From contig JAGOON010000001.1 in the NCBI GenBank assembly GCA_017992505.1, positions 2,532 to 66,531 of the forward strand: a stretch of DNA of 64,000 nt. The letters run 5' to 3'. A program made the translations under genes and the position numbers. This DNA comes from Minisyncoccota bacterium (GTDB lineage: Bacteria > Patescibacteriota > Minisyncoccia > Phycocordibacterales > UBA918). Shown one piece after another: positions 45,612-54,909 of this stretch. A model generated the notes under the pieces. That model saw nothing but the letters and a program-made list of their open reading frames with translations, did not search any database and was not told where the DNA came from. The first letter of the stretch is position 1. Every line of letters starts with the position of its first letter.

Positions 45612-46427
45612 ATGGAGAAATATGCTGTACTCGAAAAAGAAGTCGGCGAAACCCCACTCTCATGCGCAGAGCGGTTTCGAGCGACCCGTCCTGACTTGAT
45701 AGGAATCCCACTCTCATATGCAGGACGTCTCGACCCAATGGCCTCGGGTAAGCTCCTCATCCTGATTGGTGAAGAATGCAAACACCAGACCGATTACCAT
45801 GGACTCGACAAGGAATACGAATTTTCTGTGCTCTTTGGTATTTACTCTGATACACAGGACGTGCTCGGTCGACTGCAAACTACTTCAAAAGAGAATAATG
45901 CACTGGAAGTGGTTGAACAAAATTTGACCCCAATCATTGACGCAATGATTGGGGAACTGACTTTCCCCTACCCCCTTTTTTCTGCGAAGACTGTCCAGGG
46001 TAAGCCACTCCACATGTGGACACTAGAAGGCCGACTTAATGAAATCGAAATCCCTATTCGCACTTCGGAAATCTATGAACTTGAACTTACCAAAATCGAA
46101 ACCAAGCCACGCCAAGAGATTGTTGCATCAGCATTACGAAAAATAAATACTATTCCTCCAGTCACCGACCCGCGAAAAGCGCTTGGTAACGATTTCCGAC
46201 GTGAAGATGTTCGCACTGATTGGCAAGACATTGCTACCAATTTTTCTCTTCCAACTGAATACACCATCGCACACTTTCGCTGTGTAGCAAGCTCTGGTGC
46301 ATACATGCGCACTCTAGCTACACTCATCGCGGAAAAAATGAACACGGTCGGATTGTCCTGGCACATTCATCGCACCACCATCGGTACCTACAACAGAAAC
46401 ACCCATTTGTGGGAACGAGTGTTTTAA
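45612..46427 (+). CDS. truB: tRNA pseudouridine(55) synthase
   Basis: GRLDPMASGKLLIL catalytic Asp motif of TruB. Length 271 aa. Confidence 0.85.
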   Translation: MEKYAVLEKEVGETPLSCAERFRATRPDLIGIPLSYAGRLDPMASGKLLILIGEECKHQTDYHGLDKEYEFSVLFGIYSDTQDVLGRLQTTSKENNALEVVEQNLTPIIDAMIGELTFPYPLFSAKTVQGKPLHMWTLEGRLNEIEIPIRTSEIYELELTKIETKPRQEIVASALRKINTIPPVTDPRKALGNDFRREDVRTDWQDIATNFSLPTEYTIAHFRCVASSGAYMRTLATLIAEKMNTVGLSWHIHRTTIGTYNRNTHLWERVF

Positions 46428-46655
46428 CTATTTTCCAAGGTCCTTTATTTCTTAAATATAAAGAAACATAGAGAATCACTTTCTCATCATCAATGATCAG
46501 ATCTCACTGAACACCTGACAGCCCTTCGGACCTGCTACTTTGTAGAACAAATCCCAAAAAAAATGCTTATTTTACGACCCGCGAAACCATGGCTATTCTA
46601 GGTTTTCACAGTACAAAAGTGCGTGAACGAACCTGATAATAAGCCTTTTGGGCGA

Positions 46656-46684
46656 TTGACCTTTCTGGTGCACTCTGGTACAAT
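46656..46684 (+). promoter_or_regulatory. Sigma-70-type promoter TTGACC-17-TACAAT, 10 nt upstream of the rpmG ATG
   Basis: TTGACCtttctggtgcactctggTACAATcgcggtcactATG. Confidence 0.6.
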
Positions 46685-46694
46685 CGCGGTCACT

Positions 46695-46874
46695 ATGTCA
46701 CAGGATTTACTTATCAAGATGGTGTCACAAGGCGACAAAAATGGCGTTGGGAAGGGTCACACCTACTACACCCGTTTTAATAATAAGAACAAAAAGGATC
46801 CGAGCAAGAAATACGAAGCGAAAAAGTTCAATCCTGTTGCCAAGACTCACACAGTCTACAAACAAAAGAAATAA
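46695..46874 (+). CDS. rpmG: 50S ribosomal protein L33 (Cys-less variant). The ORF track starts at 46623; start inferred from the promoter
   Basis: C-terminal YYTRFNNKNKKDPSKKYEAKKFNPVAKTHTVYKQKK matches the L33 pattern Y.T.KNKkN.P.kLE.KKy.P...kH.....K. Confidence 0.5.
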   Translation: MSQDLLIKMVSQGDKNGVGKGHTYYTRFNNKNKKDPSKKYEAKKFNPVAKTHTVYKQKK

Positions 46875-46876
46875 GA

Positions 46877-46908
46877 AAAGCGCCCCTCCTCGGGGCGCTT
46901 TTCTTTTA
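46877..46908. terminator. Bidirectional terminator
   Basis: AAAGCGCCCC-tcct-CGGGGCGCTTTTCTTTT. Confidence 0.7.
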
Positions 46909-47907
46909 GAGACGTCCTTGGCTGGCAAGACTGTTCTCTTTACAGTTATCAAGAAGGGCTTTTTGGGAGACATCTGCATTTTCTTTCTTCCCTCCCCACG
47001 CCATAAGCATAGGCTCTTCAATAGCTCGTGAAAAAGAATATGTAATCGGCCACGGTTGTGGGCCCATCTTGGCAATCGCGTTGAGGTTTTCAGTTGAACG
47101 TCGTGGTGTCTGTCCGCCTGAGAGAAATACAATACCAGCGACTTCATGAGGGACCGACATATGAAAAGTACGGAGGGTGGCATTGGCGACTTGTTCTGGT
47201 GTTGATACTTCCGAGTGTTTGCTTCCTGCGAGCACCATTGAAGATTTAAGAATAAGACCCGAGAGGTCGACACGATACTCCATGAGTGTCTGGAAGAGAA
47301 TCTGAAGAGCGCGAGTTGTAACCATTTCTGCCTTCGCGAGTGAATGGTCACCTTCAAAGATTACTTCTGGCTCTACGATAGGAACAATCCCCGCTTCTTG
47401 TGCAAGTTGAGAGTATCGAGCCAATGCCATTGCGTTCATACGAAGTGACGCATCGGTCGGAAGCTCATCTTCATCGATACTGACAACCATGCGCCATTTT
47501 GCAAAACGTGCACCGAGGTCATAATATTCTTCGAAGCGCTTATCGAGATCATCAAGACCCTGTGTCACCACTTCTCCTTTAAATCCATGTAAATCCTTTA
47601 CACCGAGGTCGACTTTGATTCCTGGAACAATTCCTCGAGCAGTGAGTAAATCAGCAAACGGTGTCCCGTCGCTTGTTTCGTCTTTAATGGTTGAATCATA
47701 AAAAATGACACCTGAAATGTATTCTTCGAGTCCTTCAGTGCCAAGCATAATCTCTCGCCACTCCCGACGATTTTCTGGAGTGTTTGGCAGATGCACCATA
47801 TCAAGGCGCTTGCCTGCAGTACTGTCACTTTCGTCAGCTGCTAAAATTCCTTTTCCTGGAGCTAAAAGTGCTGCAGCGATTTCATAAAGTTTGGTGTTCT
47901 TTTTCAT
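46906..47907 (-). CDS. fba: Fructose-bisphosphate aldolase, class I
   Basis: GKGILAADESDSTAGKRL class I aldolase motif. About 333 aa from MKKNTKLYEI. The ORF extends to 47931. Confidence 0.8.
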   Translation of the reverse strand: MKKNTKLYEIAAALLAPGKGILAADESDSTAGKRLDMVHLPNTPENRREWREIMLGTEGLEEYISGVIFYDSTIKDETSDGTPFADLLTARGIVPGIKVDLGVKDLHGFKGEVVTQGLDDLDKRFEEYYDLGARFAKWRMVVSIDEDELPTDASLRMNAMALARYSQLAQEAGIVPIVEPEVIFEGDHSLAKAEMVTTRALQILFQTLMEYRVDLSGLILKSSMVLAGSKHSEVSTPEQVANATLRTFHMSVPHEVAGIVFLSGGQTPRRSTENLNAIAKMGPQPWPITYSFSRAIEEPMLMAWGGKKENADVSQKALLDNCKENSLASQGRL

Positions 47908-48029
47908 ACTGAGATTAGTATAACAAAGCACGACGCCTTCGCCCTAATTTTTAAGAACACATCAGTGGACTATAAAAATGGAAGTACCCCTGGGGTGGCA
48001 GTCGTGCTTTTTAAAAAATGTAGATAACA

Positions 48030-48797
48030 CTACGCACGGATTTTCCAACCTCGACGAAAGAGTTGTGTAACAGTAAATCCAAGGACAATGACGAGACCAA
48101 TAATTACCACAAGTCCAACCGTACTATTCGCTTCACTATATCCAATCATGCTACTGCGCACACCGTCAGCGAAATAGAAGAATGGGTTAAAAAGCGTGAT
48201 TTGTTTTGCAAGTGGTGGTAGGAATGTAATCGAGTAGAAAATACCTCCAAGATATGTAAGCGGTGTGATTACAAATGTATTTAAGACTTGAAGTTGCTCA
48301 AATCCTTCTGCCCAGAGTGCGACCAAGATACCGAGCATCGCAAAGATGGCTGCGATGGCCGATACATAGAATACGAATCCTAGCGGATTCACTAGTGAGA
48401 CTGCACCAAATAGCGTACCTACTGCCAAAATCAGAAACGCCACCATAAGGGCACGAGTCACCGCACTTCCAACGAATCCAACCAACATTTCTAAATATGA
48501 GAATGGTGTGATTAGGATTTCTTCAATTCCTCGTGTAAAGCGCATAAAATATAGGGCTGAAGAAGCACTTTGAAACGAGGCATTAATAATAGAAAGCATA
48601 AGTACTCCCGGGAACACAAACGAAATGTATGGGACCCCCGCGAAGTCATCGATCTTTGTTCCGATGACTGTTCCGAAGATGAAGAGGTAGAGTGCTGCGG
48701 AAATTACTGGTGCGACCAGTGTCTGAATCACTACACGCAAGGTTCGCTCCACCTCACGTTTAAACATCGTATACAATCCAATCCAATTTGTTCCCAT
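48030..48797 (-). CDS. ABC-2 type transporter permease
   Basis: 6-TM ABC-2 permease pattern, adjacent to the ABC ATPase. Confidence 0.7.
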   Translation of the reverse strand: MGTNWIGLYTMFKREVERTLRVVIQTLVAPVISAALYLFIFGTVIGTKIDDFAGVPYISFVFPGVLMLSIINASFQSASSALYFMRFTRGIEEILITPFSYLEMLVGFVGSAVTRALMVAFLILAVGTLFGAVSLVNPLGFVFYVSAIAAIFAMLGILVALWAEGFEQLQVLNTFVITPLTYLGGIFYSITFLPPLAKQITLFNPFFYFADGVRSSMIGYSEANSTVGLVVIIGLVIVLGFTVTQLFRRGWKIRA

Positions 48798-48798
48798 A

Positions 48799-49533
48799 CT
48801 ATTTCTTTAACAATTCCAAATAACGCTCCTCGACCGATCTTCCACCTTCCATAAACTCTTCTTTACTCCCATGCCAGATAATATTGCCATGATTGATGAC
48901 TGCAATTTCGTTACAGAGTTGCTGAATTTCTTCGAGGTAGTGTGAGGTCAAGATGATTGTTTTACCTTGTTCATTCATTTCCTTAAGATACTCCCAAAGC
49001 GAATGCCTCTGCTCAACATCAACACCGGCGGTTGGCTCATCAAGAATAAGGAGTTCTGGTGTATGAATAAGTGCGCGAGCTAACATTGCACGACGCTTGA
49101 GTCCACCTGAGAGTTTTTGGAATTTTACCTTTCGGTGTTCTTGTAAATCAAAACGCTTAATGAGCTCGTTGGTTCGTATCTTTCTTTCTTCCGCTTCAAT
49201 ACCATAGTAACCACCCATGTAGTCAATGAGTTTTTCGACTGGCGCGAAAAAATCGAGATTGAATTCCTGTGGTGAAAGGCCGACTTTGGTGCGTGCAATT
49301 TTGTAATCCTTTACAACATCAATGCCGTCAATAAGAATCTCTCCACTCGTTGGTTGAGCAATTCCAGTAATACAGTGAATCGTGGTACTTTTGCCGGCAC
49401 CATTTGGACCAAGAAGTCCAAAGAAAGCACCTTTTTGTACCGTCAGTGAGATACCATCAACCGCAACTTTTTGTTCCTTTCCTGAATCGTACTTCTTTAT
49501 AAGATTTTTAATTTCTAACATTGGTGTAGACAT
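48799..49533 (-). CDS. ABC transporter ATP-binding protein
   Basis: Walker A GLLGPNGAGKSTT, signature LSGGLKRR, Walker B LLILDEPT. Confidence 0.85.
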   Translation of the reverse strand: MSTPMLEIKNLIKKYDSGKEQKVAVDGISLTVQKGAFFGLLGPNGAGKSTTIHCITGIAQPTSGEILIDGIDVVKDYKIARTKVGLSPQEFNLDFFAPVEKLIDYMGGYYGIEAEERKIRTNELIKRFDLQEHRKVKFQKLSGGLKRRAMLARALIHTPELLILDEPTAGVDVEQRHSLWEYLKEMNEQGKTIILTSHYLEEIQQLCNEIAVINHGNIIWHGSKEEFMEGGRSVEERYLELLKK

Positions 49534-49645
49534 AGCGACAAGTATAGCAAAAATTAAGTAATGCTCCCCACTTCATACATTTATAAAGAAGAAGAATTTC
49601 AATTATAAATATTGACATTCTAAATAATGAGAGCATAGTAATTTC

Positions 49646-50383
49646 ATGCCAAAAGAAGAGACCTGGCTTTTGAAGGAAAAATATCACGGCGAAAAGAGCG
49701 ACGCTTTTTTCGCTGATTGTAAGCGTCTTGCGCTTGGCGAACCGCTCGGGTACCTCATCGGGTATGTCCCCTTCCTCGACTGTAAAATCTGGCTTGATTC
49801 TCATCCGCTCATCCCACGCCCTGAAACTGAATTTTGGGTAGAGAAAGCCATTACTCAAATTGGCGCCGAAGCAACAAAATCACTCCGAATACTCGACCTT
49901 TGCGCTGGCTCGGGCTGTATAGGCGTTTCAGTCGCAAAAGCCATCTCAACATCAATCGTCGATTTCTCAGAAATTGACCTCTCACACCTCCCCACTATCA
50001 AAAAAAATATTACTGAAAATGATATTGCTCAGGAGCGCACAAGCATCTATCACACCAATCTATTTGATGGAATTGAGCGAACATATGACTATATATTGAG
50101 TAATCCTCCGTACATAGATTTAACACTCGGTCAGACTGACGAGAGTGTTCTTAAATACGAACCTTACGTCGCTCTCTCAGGTGGCCTCGCTGGACTTGAA
50201 GTAATTGAAGACATTATTAAGCGGGCGCCACTTTTTCTTAACCCACACGGTCAACTCTGGCTCGAACATGATCCCGAACAAACTAAAGCTATCAATGCTC
50301 TGGCTTCAGAAAGTGGTTTTTCTGTTACTACCCACAATGACCAATACGGGGTCAGCCGCTACACAATCCTGATGCTACAATAA
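49646..50383 (+). CDS. prmC: Release factor glutamine N5-methyltransferase PrmC (HemK)
   Basis: ILSNPPYI (NPPY) motif and DLCAGSGCIG SAM-binding motif. Confidence 0.8.
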   Translation: MPKEETWLLKEKYHGEKSDAFFADCKRLALGEPLGYLIGYVPFLDCKIWLDSHPLIPRPETEFWVEKAITQIGAEATKSLRILDLCAGSGCIGVSVAKAISTSIVDFSEIDLSHLPTIKKNITENDIAQERTSIYHTNLFDGIERTYDYILSNPPYIDLTLGQTDESVLKYEPYVALSGGLAGLEVIEDIIKRAPLFLNPHGQLWLEHDPEQTKAINALASESGFSVTTHNDQYGVSRYTILMLQ

Positions 50384-50387
50384 TTAC

Positions 50388-50633
50388 ATGGATTCAACAC
50401 CTACCGTCGCGCTTCCAGACATTTCATATCTCCCCGTAATTCCAGGAGTTGACTTGGTAATGCTATTTTTTTATCTCGTGCTAGGTTTCTATGCAATATT
50501 CACTGGTATCTTCTATTACCACTGGAGCGCCTACTCAAGTGACGTAAAGGTCTCACTTGCGACATATGTCGCCTACGCAGCCATTACCATTCCACTCATG
50601 CTTGTGATGATTGGAAGTCTCTTCGCTATCTAA
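50388..50633 (+). CDS. Small 2-TM membrane protein
   Basis: 81 aa, two hydrophobic helices. Co-oriented with the following bPH_2 gene. Confidence 0.35.
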   Translation: MDSTPTVALPDISYLPVIPGVDLVMLFFYLVLGFYAIFTGIFYYHWSAYSSDVKVSLATYVAYAAITIPLMLVMIGSLFAI

Positions 50634-50637
50634 TTAT

Positions 50638-51225
50638 ATGTTGTTCGAAAAACTAGACTTGGAAGCTGACGAAGAGGTACTACGTATCGTCCGTAAACAC
50701 TGGTTTATTATTGTGAGTGAACTCATTGGTGTAGCCGTCTTTGCACTCACACCAATTATTCTTCTTTTTATTGGTCTTGAACTTCCAAAAATCCTTGGCG
50801 GGTTTGACGTTCATGCTGAACGATTTACCGCGTATATCACTTTTGTAATCGCTACCTGGTTGCTACTTTCTGTACTTAGTGGATTTGTCGTCTGGACACA
50901 CTATTACCTCGACCTTTGGATCATCACTGACCGTCGCATTATCGCGGTTGAACAAGTCCACTTCTTCAACCGTAGCGTAGCTATCTTTCGTCTTGAACGA
51001 TTACAAGACATCGAATTTTCAGTAAAAGGCCTCCTGCAAACATTTTTTAACTTCGGTACGCTCAGTGCTCAGACTGCTGGTCACAACGAGGCGAATTTTA
51101 AATCCACTGGAATGCCAAGTCCCGACGAACTTCAAGCGATTATTCAAAAGGCAATGGATGCTCGTTTGGGCGAACTTAACAACCGACCAAATCTCTCCGC
51201 AGCTATTGAATCTTCTGGCGAATAA
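50638..51225 (+). CDS. Bacterial PH-domain (bPH_2/YdbS-YdbT-like) membrane protein. The ORF begins at 50611
   Basis: Two TM helices, then a YdbS-like PH domain (DLWIITDRRIIAVEQ...). Confidence 0.5.
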   Translation: MLFEKLDLEADEEVLRIVRKHWFIIVSELIGVAVFALTPIILLFIGLELPKILGGFDVHAERFTAYITFVIATWLLLSVLSGFVVWTHYYLDLWIITDRRIIAVEQVHFFNRSVAIFRLERLQDIEFSVKGLLQTFFNFGTLSAQTAGHNEANFKSTGMPSPDELQAIIQKAMDARLGELNNRPNLSAAIESSGE

Positions 51226-51252
51226 TCAGATGCCCATAAGCTTTTTGAACAT

Positions 51253-51281
51253 TTGATTTAAGCTCATTTCTCCCCTACAAT
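51253..51281 (+). promoter_or_regulatory. Promoter TTGATT-17-TACAAT, 6 nt upstream of the hisS ATG (leaderless-type)
   Basis: TTGATTtaagctcatttctccccTACAATctccctATG. Confidence 0.55.
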
Positions 51282-51287
51282 CTCCCT

Positions 51288-52613
51288 ATGAGCAACAAAC
51301 ACCTCCCGACCGACTCCTATAAAGGTGTCCGTGATTTTTACCCAGAAGATATGGCGATTCAGCGCTATATTTTTGATACTTGGGCTAAGACTGCTGAGAA
51401 GTTTGGTTTTGAACGCTACGATGCTTCTATTCTTGAGCCTGCCGACCTGTACAAGGCCAAAGGGGCTGAAAACGCGGAACTGGTGAACGAGCAGACTTAT
51501 ACCTTCACTGACCGTGGTGAACGTGAAGTGACACTCCGTCCTGAAATGACCCCGACGGTTGCACGTATGGTGGCAGCCAAACACCGTGAACTTTCGTTTC
51601 CGCTTCGCTGGTACTCAATTCCAAACCTTTTTCGCTACGAAAACACACAGAAAGGGCGACTTCGTGAGCACTGGCAACTTAACTGTGATATCTTTGGCGC
51701 AACTGACTACACGGCTGATATTGAGATTATTGCGCTCGCATATCAGACACTAATTGATTTTGGAGCAACGCCAGATATGTTTGAGATTCAAATCAATGAT
51801 CGAAAACTCATGAATCGTCTTTACACCGCACTTGGAGTAAAGGAAGCAATGATTCCAGCCATCACCCGCCTTAACGATCGTCGCGAAAAAATCGACCCCC
51901 AAGCATATAGAACTGAACTAAAAGAAATTGTTGGTGGTGACGGCCTCATGGTAGAAAAAATCATCATGATGCTCGATAATAGTGACGAACAAACAGACGT
52001 TGTCGTTGGTCTTGCAGAACTTGGTATATCAAATGTTGTCTTCAATAAAAGTCTGGCTCGCGGTTTCGATTATTACACTGGAACTATTTTTGAAATTAAA
52101 GACACTTCTGGTGAAAATAAGCGTTCTCTACTTGGTGGTGGTCGCTATGACAATCTTACCTCTCTCTTTACTGACGAAATCGTTTCTGGAATTGGCTTTG
52201 GAATGGGTGACGTAACAATGCGAGATTTCTTAAAAACTCACAGTCTTCTTAATACAAGATATAAACTTTTTAAAAACTATATTGACTTAGTCATTATACC
52301 CGCAGAAAAAGAATATAACCTGTGTTCACAAAAAATCGCTCAAGAATTCAGAAGTAATGGAATCAATTGTTATGTTGATATCTCAAGTAAAAAACAAAAC
52401 AAGAAAGAGCAGGCAGCCATAAAACTAAGTGAATCTATTAATTCTTTTTTCTCTGACAAGAAAGTGGCTTCTTTTATCGTCGTCGACAAAACAACTTCAA
52501 AAACAAAGAAGTTTATCGTAGGAGGAAAGAAGCTATCTATTAGTTCACTTTCAAAGAAAATAAGTAAAAATAGAAAGGACTCTCAAAAATATCTTAATTT
52601 TCTGAACAAATAG
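51288..52613 (+). CDS. hisS: Histidyl-tRNA synthetase with a Lys-rich C-terminal extension
   Basis: Class II motifs (YKGVRDFYPED; RYDNLTSLF...GFGMGD), HisRS-specific HisA/HisB regions and an anticodon-binding domain. Confidence 0.85.
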   Translation: MSNKHLPTDSYKGVRDFYPEDMAIQRYIFDTWAKTAEKFGFERYDASILEPADLYKAKGAENAELVNEQTYTFTDRGEREVTLRPEMTPTVARMVAAKHRELSFPLRWYSIPNLFRYENTQKGRLREHWQLNCDIFGATDYTADIEIIALAYQTLIDFGATPDMFEIQINDRKLMNRLYTALGVKEAMIPAITRLNDRREKIDPQAYRTELKEIVGGDGLMVEKIIMMLDNSDEQTDVVVGLAELGISNVVFNKSLARGFDYYTGTIFEIKDTSGENKRSLLGGGRYDNLTSLFTDEIVSGIGFGMGDVTMRDFLKTHSLLNTRYKLFKNYIDLVIIPAEKEYNLCSQKIAQEFRSNGINCYVDISSKKQNKKEQAAIKLSESINSFFSDKKVASFIVVDKTTSKTKKFIVGGKKLSISSLSKKISKNRKDSQKYLNFLNK

Positions 52614-52641
52614 CAACTTTGTATATTGGCACTATAGCCAT

Positions 52642-52649
52642 GCTACAAT
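52642..52649 (+). promoter_or_regulatory. Extended -10 (TGcTACAAT) 10 nt upstream of the exonuclease ATG
   Basis: catgcTACAATctccccacttATG. Confidence 0.4.
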
Positions 52650-52659
52650 CTCCCCACTT

Positions 52660-53235
52660 ATGCGATACGTTGTCTTTGACCTCGAAACCCAAAATATCTT
52701 TCAGGAAGTAGGTTCAAGTGACCCGACCGATCTCGATATTTCGGTTGCCTCTGCGTACGATAGTGCGTCTGATACCTATACTACAGTCACTCATGATGAG
52801 ATACACAAACTTTGGCCAATCATTGAAAAGGCTGACGCTCTGGTAGGATATAACAGCAATCACTTTGATATTCCCCTTTTAAATAAATACTACCCCGGTG
52901 ATTTAACCACTATTAAAAGTATCGACTTGCTTGAAGATATCAAGAATGCGCTTGGTCGTAGATTACGGCTCGACAGTGTGGCGCAAGCAACCATCGGTGC
53001 AAAAAAATCAGCAGACGGTCTGCAAGCTGTTCGCTGGTGGCGCGAAGGAAAGATTAAGGAAATTATGAAATATTGCGAACAGGACGTAAAAGTCACAAAG
53101 CAGGTGTTTGAGTACGCGCGAAAGAATGGTCATATAAAATTTAAAGACGGTGCTCGCAATCGTGAACTTGTACTTAACACTACTCACTGGGAAGAGCTAG
53201 ACGACGAAGCTGCAATGACGCACTCGATGTTCTAA
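52660..53235 (+). CDS. DEDDy-type 3'-5' exonuclease (DnaQ/RNase D-like)
   Basis: Exo I FDLET, Exo II NSNHFDIPLL, Exo III YCEQDV. Confidence 0.6.
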   Translation: MRYVVFDLETQNIFQEVGSSDPTDLDISVASAYDSASDTYTTVTHDEIHKLWPIIEKADALVGYNSNHFDIPLLNKYYPGDLTTIKSIDLLEDIKNALGRRLRLDSVAQATIGAKKSADGLQAVRWWREGKIKEIMKYCEQDVKVTKQVFEYARKNGHIKFKDGARNRELVLNTTHWEELDDEAAMTHSMF

Positions 53236-54041
53236 GAAATAAGGGACACATACCCAACAAGCGCTGAGAGAATCACGCTGTACCAAATAAATGGCCATAG
53301 TGTGTAACGACGGATGAAGGCCAAGAAAAAGTGAATCACAATAAAGGCAGTCACCGCAGCGACGCCAGCACCAATCAGAATCACTCCCCAGTCAACACTT
53401 CCACCGTTTTGTAATAAGTCGATGGATTTTTTACATCCGACACCAAGCGTGATTGGGATCGCGAGAAGAAATGAGAATCTCGACGCTTCATAGCGCGACA
53501 TTCCAAGCATCATACCACCTGCAATAGTTGCACCCGAACGTGAGAATCCAGGGAGCAACGCAAGCGCCTGAAAAAGCCCCACTAAAAATCCTCGCTTAGC
53601 CGTGACAGTCCCGTGAGTTGGACGTAAATAGTATCGCCACTCAACATACATAAAAAAGACAGAGGCCATAAAGAGCATAAGCGCCACAAGTCCAGTTGAT
53701 TGGGTATTTTTATCAAAGAATGGTTCAAGAGCGACCCCAAGTATGACAGCGGGTACCGTACCGATAGCAAGAGCATAAAAGAGCGTCAAGTCTTTTTGAT
53801 TAACAGGAAGCCTACCAAGCTTTCGAAGCATTGCTTGTATCAGTACCCACAAATCATTTCGGAAATAGACAATGACTGCGAGCGTAGTCGAAAGATGCAG
53901 GACTGCATCATACGCAAGCGCGTTTGTGGCATCTATTGAAAGGAGATCACGAACCAAAATGAGGTGTCCCGAAGATGAAATGGGAAGAAATTCTGTTATC
54001 CCTTGTACCAGACCAAGCACTACCGAATCGAATATGTCCAT
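53232..54041 (-). CDS. uppP: Undecaprenyl-diphosphate phosphatase UppP (BacA). The ORF extends to 54092
   Basis: GITEFLPISSSGHLIL and PGFSRSGATI motifs. 8 TM. Confidence 0.85.
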   Translation of the reverse strand: MDIFDSVVLGLVQGITEFLPISSSGHLILVRDLLSIDATNALAYDAVLHLSTTLAVIVYFRNDLWVLIQAMLRKLGRLPVNQKDLTLFYALAIGTVPAVILGVALEPFFDKNTQSTGLVALMLFMASVFFMYVEWRYYLRPTHGTVTAKRGFLVGLFQALALLPGFSRSGATIAGGMMLGMSRYEASRFSFLLAIPITLGVGCKKSIDLLQNGGSVDWGVILIGAGVAAVTAFIVIHFFLAFIRRYTLWPFIWYSVILSALVGYVSLIS

Positions 54042-54114
54042 ATATCTGAGTATAGCATGAGAGCAATATGCTATACTTTTTCTGTTACACACAGTAATTT
54101 ACTCAGCATATTTT

Positions 54115-54879
54115 ATGGAACCCTCATCCTCAAATCAGAGTCATCCAGCTATTCCTCTCGCGATTATTATTGGTTTCGCGATGATTGCCATAGCAATCTT
54201 TTTTACTAGTGGCGGCTCAAAATCAAAACTCACTGCAGAAGATATCGCAACAACAACCCCAAATATGACGGGGATTCCGCGCCCAATAGATGCGAGTGAC
54301 TACATCAAAGGTAATCCAAATGCACCAATTCTAATTGTTGAATACTCTGATTATGACTGTCCGTACTGTAAGCAGTATCACACTACACTCAAGCAAATCA
54401 TGGATGAATATGCGATTAACGGTCGTGTCGCGTGGGTCTACCGACAATTCCCAATTCAGCAACTCCACCCAAACTCACCAAAAATCTCTGAGGCAGCGCT
54501 CTGTGCAGGGTCTCTTGGTGGTAACGACGCGTTTTGGAAATTCACTGATTTAGTGTTTGAAGAGCGAGAGATTGACGAACCAACCAACTCTATCAAACTT
54601 CCCGAGTACGCAGAAAAAGCTGGTGTAAATCGTTCGGAGTTTGAGGCCTGTGTCTCTAGTGGAAAAATGGAAGAACAAGTACGCAATAGTGTAGAAGATG
54701 CCTTCGATATCGGTGCGCGTGGTACCCCATATACAGTGATTATGGTTGGTAGTGAACAAGCCGTCATAAATGGCGCCCAGTCTTACGAAACAGTAAAAGG
54801 AATTCTCGACAACCTTATAGGCCAACTCGACGGAACACTCAATACCGCCCCCCCTGCACAAGGAGTCCCAGTACAATAA
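54115..54879 (+). CDS. DsbA-family thiol:disulfide oxidoreductase, membrane anchored
   Basis: N-terminal TM. CPYC active site in a thioredoxin fold (YSDYDCPYCKQYH). Confidence 0.7.
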   Translation: MEPSSSNQSHPAIPLAIIIGFAMIAIAIFFTSGGSKSKLTAEDIATTTPNMTGIPRPIDASDYIKGNPNAPILIVEYSDYDCPYCKQYHTTLKQIMDEYAINGRVAWVYRQFPIQQLHPNSPKISEAALCAGSLGGNDAFWKFTDLVFEEREIDEPTNSIKLPEYAEKAGVNRSEFEACVSSGKMEEQVRNSVEDAFDIGARGTPYTVIMVGSEQAVINGAQSYETVKGILDNLIGQLDGTLNTAPPAQGVPVQ

Positions 54880-54909
54880 AAAAAGCCTCTCCTAAGAGAG
54901 GCTTTTTAT
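54879..54909. terminator. Bidirectional terminator
   Basis: AAAAAAGCCTCTC-ctaa-GAGAGGCTTTTTAT. Confidence 0.7.

Noticed and set aside
49508-49858. 116-aa minus-strand ORF overlapping the prmC start and the ABC ATPase start
   Set aside because: It overlaps two confidently assigned genes and has no motifs. It is most likely a spurious frame spanning the divergent promoter region.
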